Of a DNA stretch of 17,408 nt, positions 1-7,513 are shown piece after piece. Source of the stretch: a bacterium (lineage in GTDB: Bacteria > Electryoneota > Electryoneia > Electryoneales > Electryoneaceae); the NCBI GenBank assembly GCA_043801585.1, contig JAZDLX010000150.1:1-17408 (forward strand), read 5' to 3'. The notes below the pieces were generated by a model that was not told the DNA's origin, ran no database searches, and saw only the letters and a list, made by a program, of their open reading frames with translations. The stretch's first letter is position 1; the number at the start of each line of letters is the position of its first letter. Position numbers and translations under genes: made by a program.

Positions 1-65
1 TGTGCTCGGACAGTCGAAAAGGACAGCAGTAGAATGGCGGCGAAAACGGTTGACACGCGTCTCAT
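1..65 (-). CDS. 5' part of a secreted protein gene (signal peptide); runs off the window
   Basis: Minus strand GGAGG-tttc-ATG at 65, reading MRRVSTVFAAILLLSFSTVRA (basic n-region, hydrophobic h-region, V-x-A cleavage-like motif). Confidence 0.7.
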   Translation of the reverse strand, partial: MRRVSTVFAAILLLSFSTVRA

Positions 66-178
66 GAAACCTCCCCCGGTTGAATTCAAGGCTCCTGCGG
101 GAAGGTAGCCAAAGGAGGGCAACTTTTCCTTCACGCCGAGAGGACAATAAGGTTGACTAATGATTGCCGTTTACGTCC

Positions 179-310
179 TTATACCCCTATTCCCGCCAAC
201 ACTCCAACCTGATAAATAACTACCGACAGACCATAGGCGAGAATCAGCGTGTACAGAGCAAGGAAGGCACTCCATTTCCAGGTGCCCAGCTCTTTGCGGA
301 CAACGGTCGT
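179..310 (-). pseudogene. feoB: Stranded 3' fragment of feoB (last TM helix and C-terminus)
   Basis: Translates as TTVVRKELGTWKWSAFLALYTLILAYGLSVVIYQVGVLAGIGV* (TAA at 179-181). Nearly identical to the FeoB tail at 2857-2953. No start codon; in-frame TGA at 311-313. Confidence 0.9.
210..306. repeat. Direct repeat copy A (feoB tail), distal boundary of the cassette
   Basis: Aligns ungapped to 2857-2953 (offset 2647) with 9 mismatches in 97 bp. Positions 243-295 match 2890-2942 perfectly (53 bp). Confidence 0.95.
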
Positions 311-331
311 TCAATACTCGTTATTCATATC

Positions 332-751
332 CTAATATATGTTACATTGTTTAAACGTATCAAGAAGACGTCTTTCCACTTCTTTTATGTTTCTTAATTC
401 GCATTCCCAGACAATAATAACACAATATCCAAGTTCTTTTAACTTCTTTATGTTTTCTTCATCTCGTGTTCTATTTCTATTTATTTTCTCATTCCAATAT
501 TTCTTATTTGTTTTCGGCCTGTTTTTCCCATGCTTACAATCATGTCCATGCCAAAAACACCCATGGACAAATATTGCTATTTTTTGAGTTTTATTCGCTA
601 TATCTGGTTTTCCTGGTAAATCTACAACATTAACCCTGTATCTAAATCCTTGACGCCAAAGTATGGATCTCACTTCTTTTTCTATAGATGTGTTTTCTGA
701 AGACACCGAACTCATTGCCTTCTTTCTATCTTGGATAGATAAGTTGTCCAT
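332..751 (-). CDS. vsr: Very short patch repair endonuclease Vsr
   Basis: MDNLSIQDRKKAMSSV..ENT..E, LPGKPDI, AIFVHGCFWHGHDC, YWNEKINRNRTRD and IVWECE are typical Vsr motifs. ATG at 751 follows the upstream stop (753-755) by 1 nt. Confidence 0.95.
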   Translation of the reverse strand: MDNLSIQDRKKAMSSVSSENTSIEKEVRSILWRQGFRYRVNVVDLPGKPDIANKTQKIAIFVHGCFWHGHDCKHGKNRPKTNKKYWNEKINRNRTRDEENIKKLKELGYCVIIVWECELRNIKEVERRLLDTFKQCNIY

Positions 752-752
752 T

Positions 753-1676
753 TTAGCGGATAACAATTTTTAAAGATGGATCGGTTTCACATTTTTCTAT
801 AAGTTCATTATACTTATCTATCATATCACTAATCGCTGCAGTACGACCTTTACGAATAAAATCACCCAATTCATGAATATTCGACGCCAAGAATTGTTCG
901 GCAGAGAACACATCAATGCGATCATTTATTCCAAAATTTTCAGCAAGACCAACAGCGATCGGTACACTGCGATCAACAGTCACTATTATTGGCCTAATAT
1001 CACGATCAATATTCGATCTACATTTTTCAATTAGACCTTCACTGGGTGCTGTCGTCACATGTATTGAAACATCTCCTATATAAAAATCTCCCGGCTTTCC
1101 AAGAGAATCATCTGCAGTCGAAAAGCTACTATGTTCAATTTTTATATCCTTTGTCACAAGCTCCAGTTTAGCTCCTACCATATGCTGAAGAACTGCTCCT
1201 ACATAGTTAGTTCCCGTAGATTCTTTTTGTCTCGCTTCCGCTTGCATGAGAATATCTTTAATAACAGCTCTAATACTAATAGAAGTATCTGTTTTTATCC
1301 TCATAGGCTTTGAAGAAAAATATTCCCTTACTTTACCTATCCAAAACTTCTCCACATCTTCCAAATCCACAGAACCAAAAGAATTTAATAGTGCTACATA
1401 CTTCTGCATATTACTGATGCTACCGCGACTAGTTCTCCCTCCTTCACTTGCCAATACTCTATTAATGTTATGTTTCTTTAAAATAGCTTGAACCGCGCTT
1501 TTCCCCAATCCGAGAACTTGGCCCCTTTTCTTCGTTAATAGTACTTCTGAATTCAAAGGCAGACCCATATCTTTTGCATGTTGTGTAACTACCAAAGCAA
1601 CTGACAATGGGCCTTTAGACAAGAATCTGTTATCCTTGCAAAACTTTGCAAGCTGTTGATCAAGCGATTTTTGCAT
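753..1676 (-). CDS. DUF4928-like protein, putative restriction endonuclease
   Basis: Motifs KGPLSVALVVT, GQVLGLG, LASEGGRTSRGS, GAVLQHMVGAKL and GDFYIGD..IHVT recalled as DUF4928. Lies between the C5 MTase and vsr. ATG at 1676 preferred over TTG at 1706. The nuclease role is inferred from context. Confidence 0.75.
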   Translation of the reverse strand: MQKSLDQQLAKFCKDNRFLSKGPLSVALVVTQHAKDMGLPLNSEVLLTKKRGQVLGLGKSAVQAILKKHNINRVLASEGGRTSRGSISNMQKYVALLNSFGSVDLEDVEKFWIGKVREYFSSKPMRIKTDTSISIRAVIKDILMQAEARQKESTGTNYVGAVLQHMVGAKLELVTKDIKIEHSSFSTADDSLGKPGDFYIGDVSIHVTTAPSEGLIEKCRSNIDRDIRPIIVTVDRSVPIAVGLAENFGINDRIDVFSAEQFLASNIHELGDFIRKGRTAAISDMIDKYNELIEKCETDPSLKIVIR

Positions 1677-2808
1677 GGCTCTTTTCGTCCAGTAATATGA
1701 GTTCAAAAATTTGTTCTTCTAGAAATCGAACAACTGGAACCACAACCCCGTCGCCTATTAGATAATATGCATCGTTGTAATTATCAGGGAGCTGGTAGTC
1801 CTCTGGTAATCCCATCAATCGTGCTGCTTCACGCGCAGTAAGTAATCTGGTCATCACTTGGTTGTCGTAAACTGCAATAATTGTTTGTCTGCTTGAACCA
1901 CCAGCGGGTGTTCTTAAACATCCAGCAACTCCATCAAATCTAACCTCAGCCCGCTGTAATCCGTTTCTTGTCCTGCGATACAACCCACCAACAATCGTTT
2001 TTCCTAAATTTTTCATAATTTTAACCTTCTTCAGGTTGATATCTGTCATCAAATCCAAGTAATGCTTCGTTTTTTCTTCATTATCCCAATCATTTCCGCT
2101 AAAATTAATAGATATAATATCTTTCAAGTCTTTATCTCTTTTAGGTGGCACAGGCAAATCCAACCAAAGCCATCTACTCATAACTTCGCTATCTTGGACT
2201 TTATATACTTCTTGTAATGACTTTGGATGCCACCTTTCTAAAGGTAACCTAGATAGAATTCTACCGGATTCAACAAGAAAATCTTGTATTGCGACAACAA
2301 AAAGCCTTTTTCTCGACTGCGGGACGAAAAGCTTTGCGTCAATTACAACCGGACCAATATAATACCCCAATTCGACCAATGATTTTAATATTGATGTAAA
2401 ATCCTTGCCTGAATGTGAAGTAATTGCACCAAGAACATTTTCAAGAACAATAATTTTGGGATTTCTATTTTCTCCCTTAAGCGACTTCATCAAATCATAA
2501 AAATACCAGTATGTGCCAGATCGATTACCACTTAATCCTGCGCCGTATCCTGCTAATGAAAGATCTTGACAAGGAAAAGACGCCCAAGCAAGATCTACTT
2601 TTCCTGGTAGTTCAGATACATGTAGTTCTTGAATGTTTTTAACAACTAGTTCGCTACTTCCCCAGTTGTTAATATATGATTTAGCTTTTTTGGGATCATT
2701 ATCGTTTGCAAACAGACATTTCCACTCGGGAGAGAGTGCGGCTCGCACCATTCCTCCTCCAGAGAAAAATTCGTAATATGTGTATGGCTGACTCAATGTT
2801 TTGCTCAT
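1660..2808 (-). CDS. DNA (cytosine-5)-methyltransferase
   Basis: Motif I EFFSGGG, motif IV ASFPCQDLS, motif VI LENV, motif VIII PQSRKRLF, motif IX RLLTAREAARLMGLP, motif X IGDGV. Start placed at ATG 2808 (MSKTLSQ) because the upstream ORF extension overlaps feoB. Confidence 0.95.
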   Translation of the reverse strand: MSKTLSQPYTYYEFFSGGGMVRAALSPEWKCLFANDNDPKKAKSYINNWGSSELVVKNIQELHVSELPGKVDLAWASFPCQDLSLAGYGAGLSGNRSGTYWYFYDLMKSLKGENRNPKIIVLENVLGAITSHSGKDFTSILKSLVELGYYIGPVVIDAKLFVPQSRKRLFVVAIQDFLVESGRILSRLPLERWHPKSLQEVYKVQDSEVMSRWLWLDLPVPPKRDKDLKDIISINFSGNDWDNEEKTKHYLDLMTDINLKKVKIMKNLGKTIVGGLYRRTRNGLQRAEVRFDGVAGCLRTPAGGSSRQTIIAVYDNQVMTRLLTAREAARLMGLPEDYQLPDNYNDAYYLIGDGVVVPVVRFLEEQIFELILLDEKSHAKIA

Positions 2809-2822
2809 GCGTTTTTTAGTTG

Positions 2823-5144
2823 CTAAAGTATCAGATTGTTGATGAGAATATATCCTTGATAGACCACCACCGCCAGCCCATAGGCGAGGATCAGCGTGTA
2901 CAGAGCAAGGAAGGCACTCCATTTCCAGGTGCCCAGCTCTTTCCTGACAACGGCGAGGGTGGCGATACAGGGCATATAGATCATTACGAACATCATCAAC
3001 GCCAGAGCCATGGCTGGACTGTAAGCGGAATCACCGGCGACCATCTCTCGCAGGTGAGGACGCGCTCCGTTTCCTCTCTGGCTCGCGTCCACATCCTCAA
3101 CACCATAAACAATCCCCATGGTCGAGATGATTACTTCTTTGGCGGCTGTTCCGCTGATCAGGGCGATCCCGATCTTCCAGTCGAATCCGGCGAACTTCAG
3201 TGCGGGTTCAAGCGCCCTGCCGATCCTTCCGGCATAGGAATGCTGCAGACGTTCGCTACGCAGCGTGGTCGTGTTGCTGCCGGTTAAGAGGACCGTTTGG
3301 GCGGAATTTACCGTTAGATCGGGGTTCACAAAATCACCACCAGGCACCACCGATATTCCCGTATCCATTGATGTTGTCTGGGGTGCCTGCGAATGGTTCC
3401 GGGGCAGGGACGGAAATGTCAGCAGGAACCAGATGACAAGGCTTGCGGCGAGAATGATCGTTCCCGCCTTGCGCAGATACAGTGCCCCACGCTCCCACAT
3501 GTGGGTCATCGCGCCTCGAATGGTGGGCATTCTGTAGGGAGGCAGTTCCATGACAAAAGGCGCAGCTTCACCCCGAAACATGGTTTTGCGGAACACCAGT
3601 GCCGTGAGGAACGCGATCAGCCATCCAGCCGCCCAAATCGCCCAGAAAACCAGCGCGCTGTGTTCGGTGAAAAAAGCCGCCGCCAGCATCGCGATAACCG
3701 GACTCTTCGCCCCGCACATCAGCAACGGCGTGACCAGCACCGTGATGATTCTGTCTCGCGGATTGACGAGCGTCCTTGCGCTCATGACGGCCGGGACCGC
3801 ACAACCGGTGGCGATCATGAAGGGAATGAACGACCGGCCGTGAAGGCCGAACAGGTGGAAAAAACGATCCATGACAAATGCGGCACGGGCCATATAACCG
3901 CTGTCCTCGAGCAGCGAGAGGGACAGGAACAGCAGCATCACGAGCGGGAAGAAAACCAGCACCCCGCCGACCCCACCGATGATGCCATCCACAAGCATAT
4001 TGCGCAACAGTCCGGCACGCATCACTGAGGTCAACAGCCTACCGAGTATGCTGAACCCGGAGTCGATCAGGTCCGAGAGAGGATTGCCCAGCGCAAAGGT
4101 AAACTGGTATACGAGAAACATGACTCCCAGGAAAATAAAAATCCCGCCGTAGCGATTCAGGGCGATTCTATCGATCATTTCGGTAAAATCGATTCGCTGC
4201 AGTTTGGTGCGATGTTGCACCGTCTCCCGCACGGCGCCGTGGATGTAGGCGTACCGTTGCTCCCCAACGACAACAGAGCTGTCCTCGTTGAAGTGTTTGC
4301 GAATCCACTCGCGTGCCCGGCTGGCCTCTTTGAGTACCTTTGTCGCCTGAAGGTGTTCGAGACGGATTTTCACTTCCGCGTCGGCGTCCCCTTCAAGCAA
4401 TTTGATTGCGAGCCAGTCGAGGGTATAGTGTTCGGCGAATTCTCCGTCCGTGAGGAGCTGCTCAAGAAGGCGCTGTCGCTGGCCCTCGAGCTCGCGGCCA
4501 TAGTCGATCCTGCGCTCGCCCGGTGTCCGGTCGCCTTTCGCGAAGTCAATGACCATATTTACCAGGTCTCGCACTCCACGACCCTTGTGTCCCACGGTTT
4601 TAACAAAGGGTATCCCGAGGATCGAACCGAGGTGCTCGGAGTCCACGTCGATTCCCATCTCCTCCGCTTCGTCCATCATGTTCAGAACGCCGACCACGGG
4701 GATGCCGAATTCCTGGAATTGAAGAAGCAGATAGAGGTTGCGTTCGAGGTTCGTTGAATCGAGCACGTCGACGATCAGGTCAGGTTGTTCACGGACGACA
4801 AAGTCACGAGTCACAACCTCCTCGAGGGAATAGGCAGTAAGGCTGTAGGTGCCCGGCAGGTCGACAAATTCGATCTGCAGGTCGTCGGTTTCAACGTATC
4901 CGACCTTTTTTTCGACGGTCACGCCCGGGTAATTGCCGATGTGCTGATGCTGTCCGGTTAGCGCATTGAAAATGCTTGTTTTACCGGCATTGGGGTTTCC
5001 GGCGAGAGCAACGATATACCGGCGCTTACCACCCCGCCCCCTTCCGCCAGGGGCGCCTTTCGCCCACGGACGAATCTCGGTGTCGAGCCGAAAAAACCGT
5101 TCACGAAACCAGCGACGCTCAGGTCTCTGTACCCGCTCACGCAT
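2823..5144 (-). CDS. feoB: Ferrous iron transport protein B
   Basis: G1 GNPNAGKT, G2 NYPGVTVE, G3 DLPGTYSL, G4 NMMD; membrane-domain motifs EDSGYMARAAF, FVMELPPY, AAKE and PCIAT. Confidence 0.97.
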   Translation of the reverse strand: MRERVQRPERRWFRERFFRLDTEIRPWAKGAPGGRGRGGKRRYIVALAGNPNAGKTSIFNALTGQHQHIGNYPGVTVEKKVGYVETDDLQIEFVDLPGTYSLTAYSLEEVVTRDFVVREQPDLIVDVLDSTNLERNLYLLLQFQEFGIPVVGVLNMMDEAEEMGIDVDSEHLGSILGIPFVKTVGHKGRGVRDLVNMVIDFAKGDRTPGERRIDYGRELEGQRQRLLEQLLTDGEFAEHYTLDWLAIKLLEGDADAEVKIRLEHLQATKVLKEASRAREWIRKHFNEDSSVVVGEQRYAYIHGAVRETVQHRTKLQRIDFTEMIDRIALNRYGGIFIFLGVMFLVYQFTFALGNPLSDLIDSGFSILGRLLTSVMRAGLLRNMLVDGIIGGVGGVLVFFPLVMLLFLSLSLLEDSGYMARAAFVMDRFFHLFGLHGRSFIPFMIATGCAVPAVMSARTLVNPRDRIITVLVTPLLMCGAKSPVIAMLAAAFFTEHSALVFWAIWAAGWLIAFLTALVFRKTMFRGEAAPFVMELPPYRMPTIRGAMTHMWERGALYLRKAGTIILAASLVIWFLLTFPSLPRNHSQAPQTTSMDTGISVVPGGDFVNPDLTVNSAQTVLLTGSNTTTLRSERLQHSYAGRIGRALEPALKFAGFDWKIGIALISGTAAKEVIISTMGIVYGVEDVDASQRGNGARPHLREMVAGDSAYSPAMALALMMFVMIYMPCIATLAVVRKELGTWKWSAFLALYTLILAYGLAVVVYQGYILINNLIL
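2857..2953. repeat. Direct repeat copy B (inside the current feoB 3' end), proximal boundary of the cassette
   Basis: Matches 210-306 as described for copy A. Confidence 0.95.
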
Positions 5145-6132
5145 CGAGCTCCTCCACCACCACGCAACTCGCCTCAGATCGTCTCATCGAAAGCAGGGAA
5201 CCGTTGATCTGGATCTCGATGGGATCTCGGAGGAGCGCTTCACGAAGAATCCGTCCCTCTGCGCCACGAATAAATCCCATGTCGGTCATTCGTTGACGGA
5301 TTTCTCCTGTGGCGGTGATGCGCACAACGCGGAAAGAACGTCCGGGAGTGATGTCTGCGAGAGTCCTGCGGTGCCATGTCTTTGCGGAATGCGGTTCTGC
5401 AATCGCCTCCTCCCGCCAGACAAGGATCGATGCCGCTGTCGCTGGATCCAGTGTCAATGTTTCTCCTGCGACAACCGCTTCCACGCTGCCGTCCGGATTC
5501 CGCTGAACAAGCCTCACCGAGGCACTCGTGTGCAGTCCGTTGCGTACCGCCGATTGCCGCTGTTCTTCCTCGCCGACGATACGGGCAATGTAGCCCGCCT
5601 CGCCCCGCCCCAGCTGTGACAGGGGCTTGATCGCCCCCTTTGAAGCCCCGGGAACCTGAGCGGACGAGGCACCCCGTTTCCGTGTCTTCTCCAGGTATCC
5701 CAGCCAATCTCCGCTGAACTTCTTCACGAGGTCACGGTCTACTTTTCCGGAATAGGTGAGGAATTGCGACATCGAGGAAATGCGCTCGAGGGTCTCCACG
5801 CTGATCGTGTGTTCCATTGAGCAGGCGTCCCGTTCCGCAGTATCAGGATCGACCTGGAGGAAATCCGTAAGGAATCGTTTGAGGAAGGTATGACGTTGGA
5901 AAAGGCGGAAACCCAGGCTGCGTCCCTCTTCGGTAAGATCTACATATTCACGCTGCCGGTATACAACCAACCCCTTACGGTCAAGCCGCTGGAGTGCGGA
6001 AATTACTGAGGACGTTTTGACATCCTTGATCTTCGCGATATCCCGGACACGAACAACGTCCCGGTTCTGAAGCAGGCGGAAGATGACCTCAAGATAGTCT
6101 TCGAGGCTCTCCGTCAGGCGACCGACCTGCAT
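5137..6132 (-). CDS. DtxR/MntR-family metalloregulator fused to two FeoA (SH3-like) domains
   Basis: N-terminal LTESLEDYLE wHTH, RH..L..FL and ERDACSMEH. FeoA-like repeat 1 starts PLSQLGRGEAGYIARI. Canonical FeoA repeat 2 reads TLADITPG..RQRMTDMGF..DPIEIQING..LSMRRSEA. Its stop overlaps the feoB start. Confidence 0.9.
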   Translation of the reverse strand: MQVGRLTESLEDYLEVIFRLLQNRDVVRVRDIAKIKDVKTSSVISALQRLDRKGLVVYRQREYVDLTEEGRSLGFRLFQRHTFLKRFLTDFLQVDPDTAERDACSMEHTISVETLERISSMSQFLTYSGKVDRDLVKKFSGDWLGYLEKTRKRGASSAQVPGASKGAIKPLSQLGRGEAGYIARIVGEEEQRQSAVRNGLHTSASVRLVQRNPDGSVEAVVAGETLTLDPATAASILVWREEAIAEPHSAKTWHRRTLADITPGRSFRVVRITATGEIRQRMTDMGFIRGAEGRILREALLRDPIEIQINGSLLSMRRSEASCVVVEELDA

Positions 6133-6141
6133 AAATTCCCC

Positions 6142-6159
6142 TGGTAGAATTGCCTACCA
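6142..6159. promoter_or_regulatory. Putative DtxR-family operator
   Basis: Perfect inverted repeat TGGTAG-AATTGC-CTACCA with TAG-N6-CTA geometry, located between the -10 element and the RBS of the regulator-feoB operon. Confidence 0.7.
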
Positions 6160-6188
6160 AAGGTACGGGTGTCTCCCGGCTTCAGCAA
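6160..6188 (-). promoter_or_regulatory. sigma-70-type promoter of the dtxR-feoA/feoB operon
   Basis: Minus strand TTGCTG (6188-6183), 17 bp spacer, TACCTT (6165-6160). Confidence 0.6.
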
Positions 6189-6353
6189 GGCGCAACAGGC
6201 GGGCCAGAGCCCCTCGGAGGTGCTTGCATTATTTAGCACTTAGCTGGGAGGTTCAACTGTTTTGGGGGAGGAGGGGGTCCGGATGGGTGATGTCAGGCAA
6301 CTAAGGGTTCGGTACAGCGCCGGGGTGTATGCTATTCCCCGGCATCCAACCGT

Positions 6354-6563
6354 TTACAGTGAAGCCAATTCCCTGTTGACCTCTTCGATCACCTTTTCCG
6401 TATCCTCAATCCCGGCGTCATGGATCGCCTCCTCCACCGTCTTCCAAAGAGGGGTGCCGCAACGGATGCAGACAATATTCCGCCGGGTGAGCAGGCCTAT
6501 CGCTTTCGGGTTTTGCGCAGCGAGATCTTCAAGTTCCATTTCACCTGAAATCGGAGGTGCCAT
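6354..6563 (-). CDS. Small DUF1858-like CxxC (redox disulfide) protein
   Basis: MAPPISGEMELEDLAAQNPKAIGLL..IVCIRCG..TVEEA..AGI..VIEEVN fits the DUF1858 pattern. AAGGAG RBS precedes ATG 6563. Confidence 0.75.
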   Translation of the reverse strand: MAPPISGEMELEDLAAQNPKAIGLLTRRNIVCIRCGTPLWKTVEEAIHDAGIEDTEKVIEEVNRELASL

Positions 6564-6731
6564 CTCTCGTCTCCTTCCGAACACCGCCCCGCTGGACGGC
6601 TATCTGTAAGATGAATTCTCTTGGCGAAAGTTGCTCCGATTCGGGAGCCGGTTTTCCGCAGGGTTTGCTCCATACCGAAGGAAGTGGCTATCGTGATAGC
6701 GACAACGAAACGTTTGAATGGGAGAAACGTG

Positions 6732-7421
6732 ATGAACCGACGTTTGACATTGACCCTGACGCTGGTGCTTGCACTGGGAATGGTCGCGGTGACAGGCTGC
6801 CAGAAGAAACCGCCAAAGGGCGCGCAACAGGTGCAGGCGGACCAGCAGAGAACTCCTCAGGAAGATGGAGCCGCCCCGGTCGCTGCTGATGGCACGGTTA
6901 CGGTAGGATCGCTGACCGCCATGCTGCCTGCAGGGTGGCAGTCCGTTGCTCCGTCTGCCCCGATGCGCAAGGCGGAACTTCTGATTCCGAACGTGAACAG
7001 GGACGGGATTCCCGGCTTCATCACAGTGTTCTATTTCGGTCCGCAGGCTGGAAGCGTGGATATGAACATCGAACGTTGGGCCGGGCAGTTTGAGCAAACG
7101 AACGGTCAACCGTTGACAGAAAAGATGGTAAAACGCAAAACGTTCATGGCGAATGGTCTCAAGGTAACCCTGGTTTCCTTCACCGGAACACAACGCCCTT
7201 CACAGATGCCCGGTGGCGCCCAGATGCACCCGATGAAGAAATTCATGAACATCTCCGGCATTGTCTTGACTCCCGAGGGCCCCTGGTTCTTCAAGGGCAC
7301 CGGTCCCGAGAAGTTGATGAAGGCGAACAAGTCTGGCTTCAAGTCCTTCCTTTCGAGCATGGTTTACCATGGCTCGGAGGCAGTCAACCCAAGTTCTGAT
7401 ACGCAAAGCATGGGAAACTGA
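6732..7421 (+). CDS. Lipoprotein of unknown function
   Basis: GGAG RBS at 6721-6724. Signal MNRRLTLTLTLVLALGMVAVTGC with lipobox, a low-complexity linker, then a globular domain with GSVDMNIERWAGQF and GPWFFKGTGP. Confidence 0.8.
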   Translation: MNRRLTLTLTLVLALGMVAVTGCQKKPPKGAQQVQADQQRTPQEDGAAPVAADGTVTVGSLTAMLPAGWQSVAPSAPMRKAELLIPNVNRDGIPGFITVFYFGPQAGSVDMNIERWAGQFEQTNGQPLTEKMVKRKTFMANGLKVTLVSFTGTQRPSQMPGGAQMHPMKKFMNISGIVLTPEGPWFFKGTGPEKLMKANKSGFKSFLSSMVYHGSEAVNPSSDTQSMGN

Positions 7422-7485
7422 GTCTGCACTCGATCCGACAGCATCATTGAACCGGATGCTGACTGTGTGATTGACCGAAAACGTG

Positions 7486-7513
7486 ACACCCCGTCAGCAT
7501 GGCGGGGTGTTTC
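7486..7513 (+). terminator. Probable intrinsic terminator after the lipoprotein gene
   Basis: Stem ACACCCCGTCA-gca-TGGCGGGGTGT (one G-U pair) followed by a short T run. Confidence 0.55.

Larger units (their letters stand above)
307..2856. mobile_element. AT-rich horizontally acquired methylase/putative restriction cassette between direct repeats
   Basis: Abrupt GC drop (hand counts: 17/60 G+C at 421-480 vs 39/60 at 3601-3660). Flanked by feoB-tail repeats. Three tightly coupled co-oriented genes and no integrase or transposase. Confidence 0.85.

Noticed and set aside
164..397. Plus-strand ORFs 164-397 and 2820-3287 share the peptide QRVQSKEGTPFPGAQLF
   Set aside because: This is the antisense shadow of the feoB-tail repeat. 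The synonymous changes fall in the minus-strand feoB frame.
2809..2922. 38-aa N-terminal extension of the MTase ORF
   Set aside because: It overlaps feoB out of frame and crosses the cassette boundary. ATG 2808 gives normal spacing to motif I.
6262..6609. Plus-strand ORF with a G-rich RBS-like stretch
   Set aside because: Antisense to the better-supported DUF1858-like gene, with no recognisable protein features.
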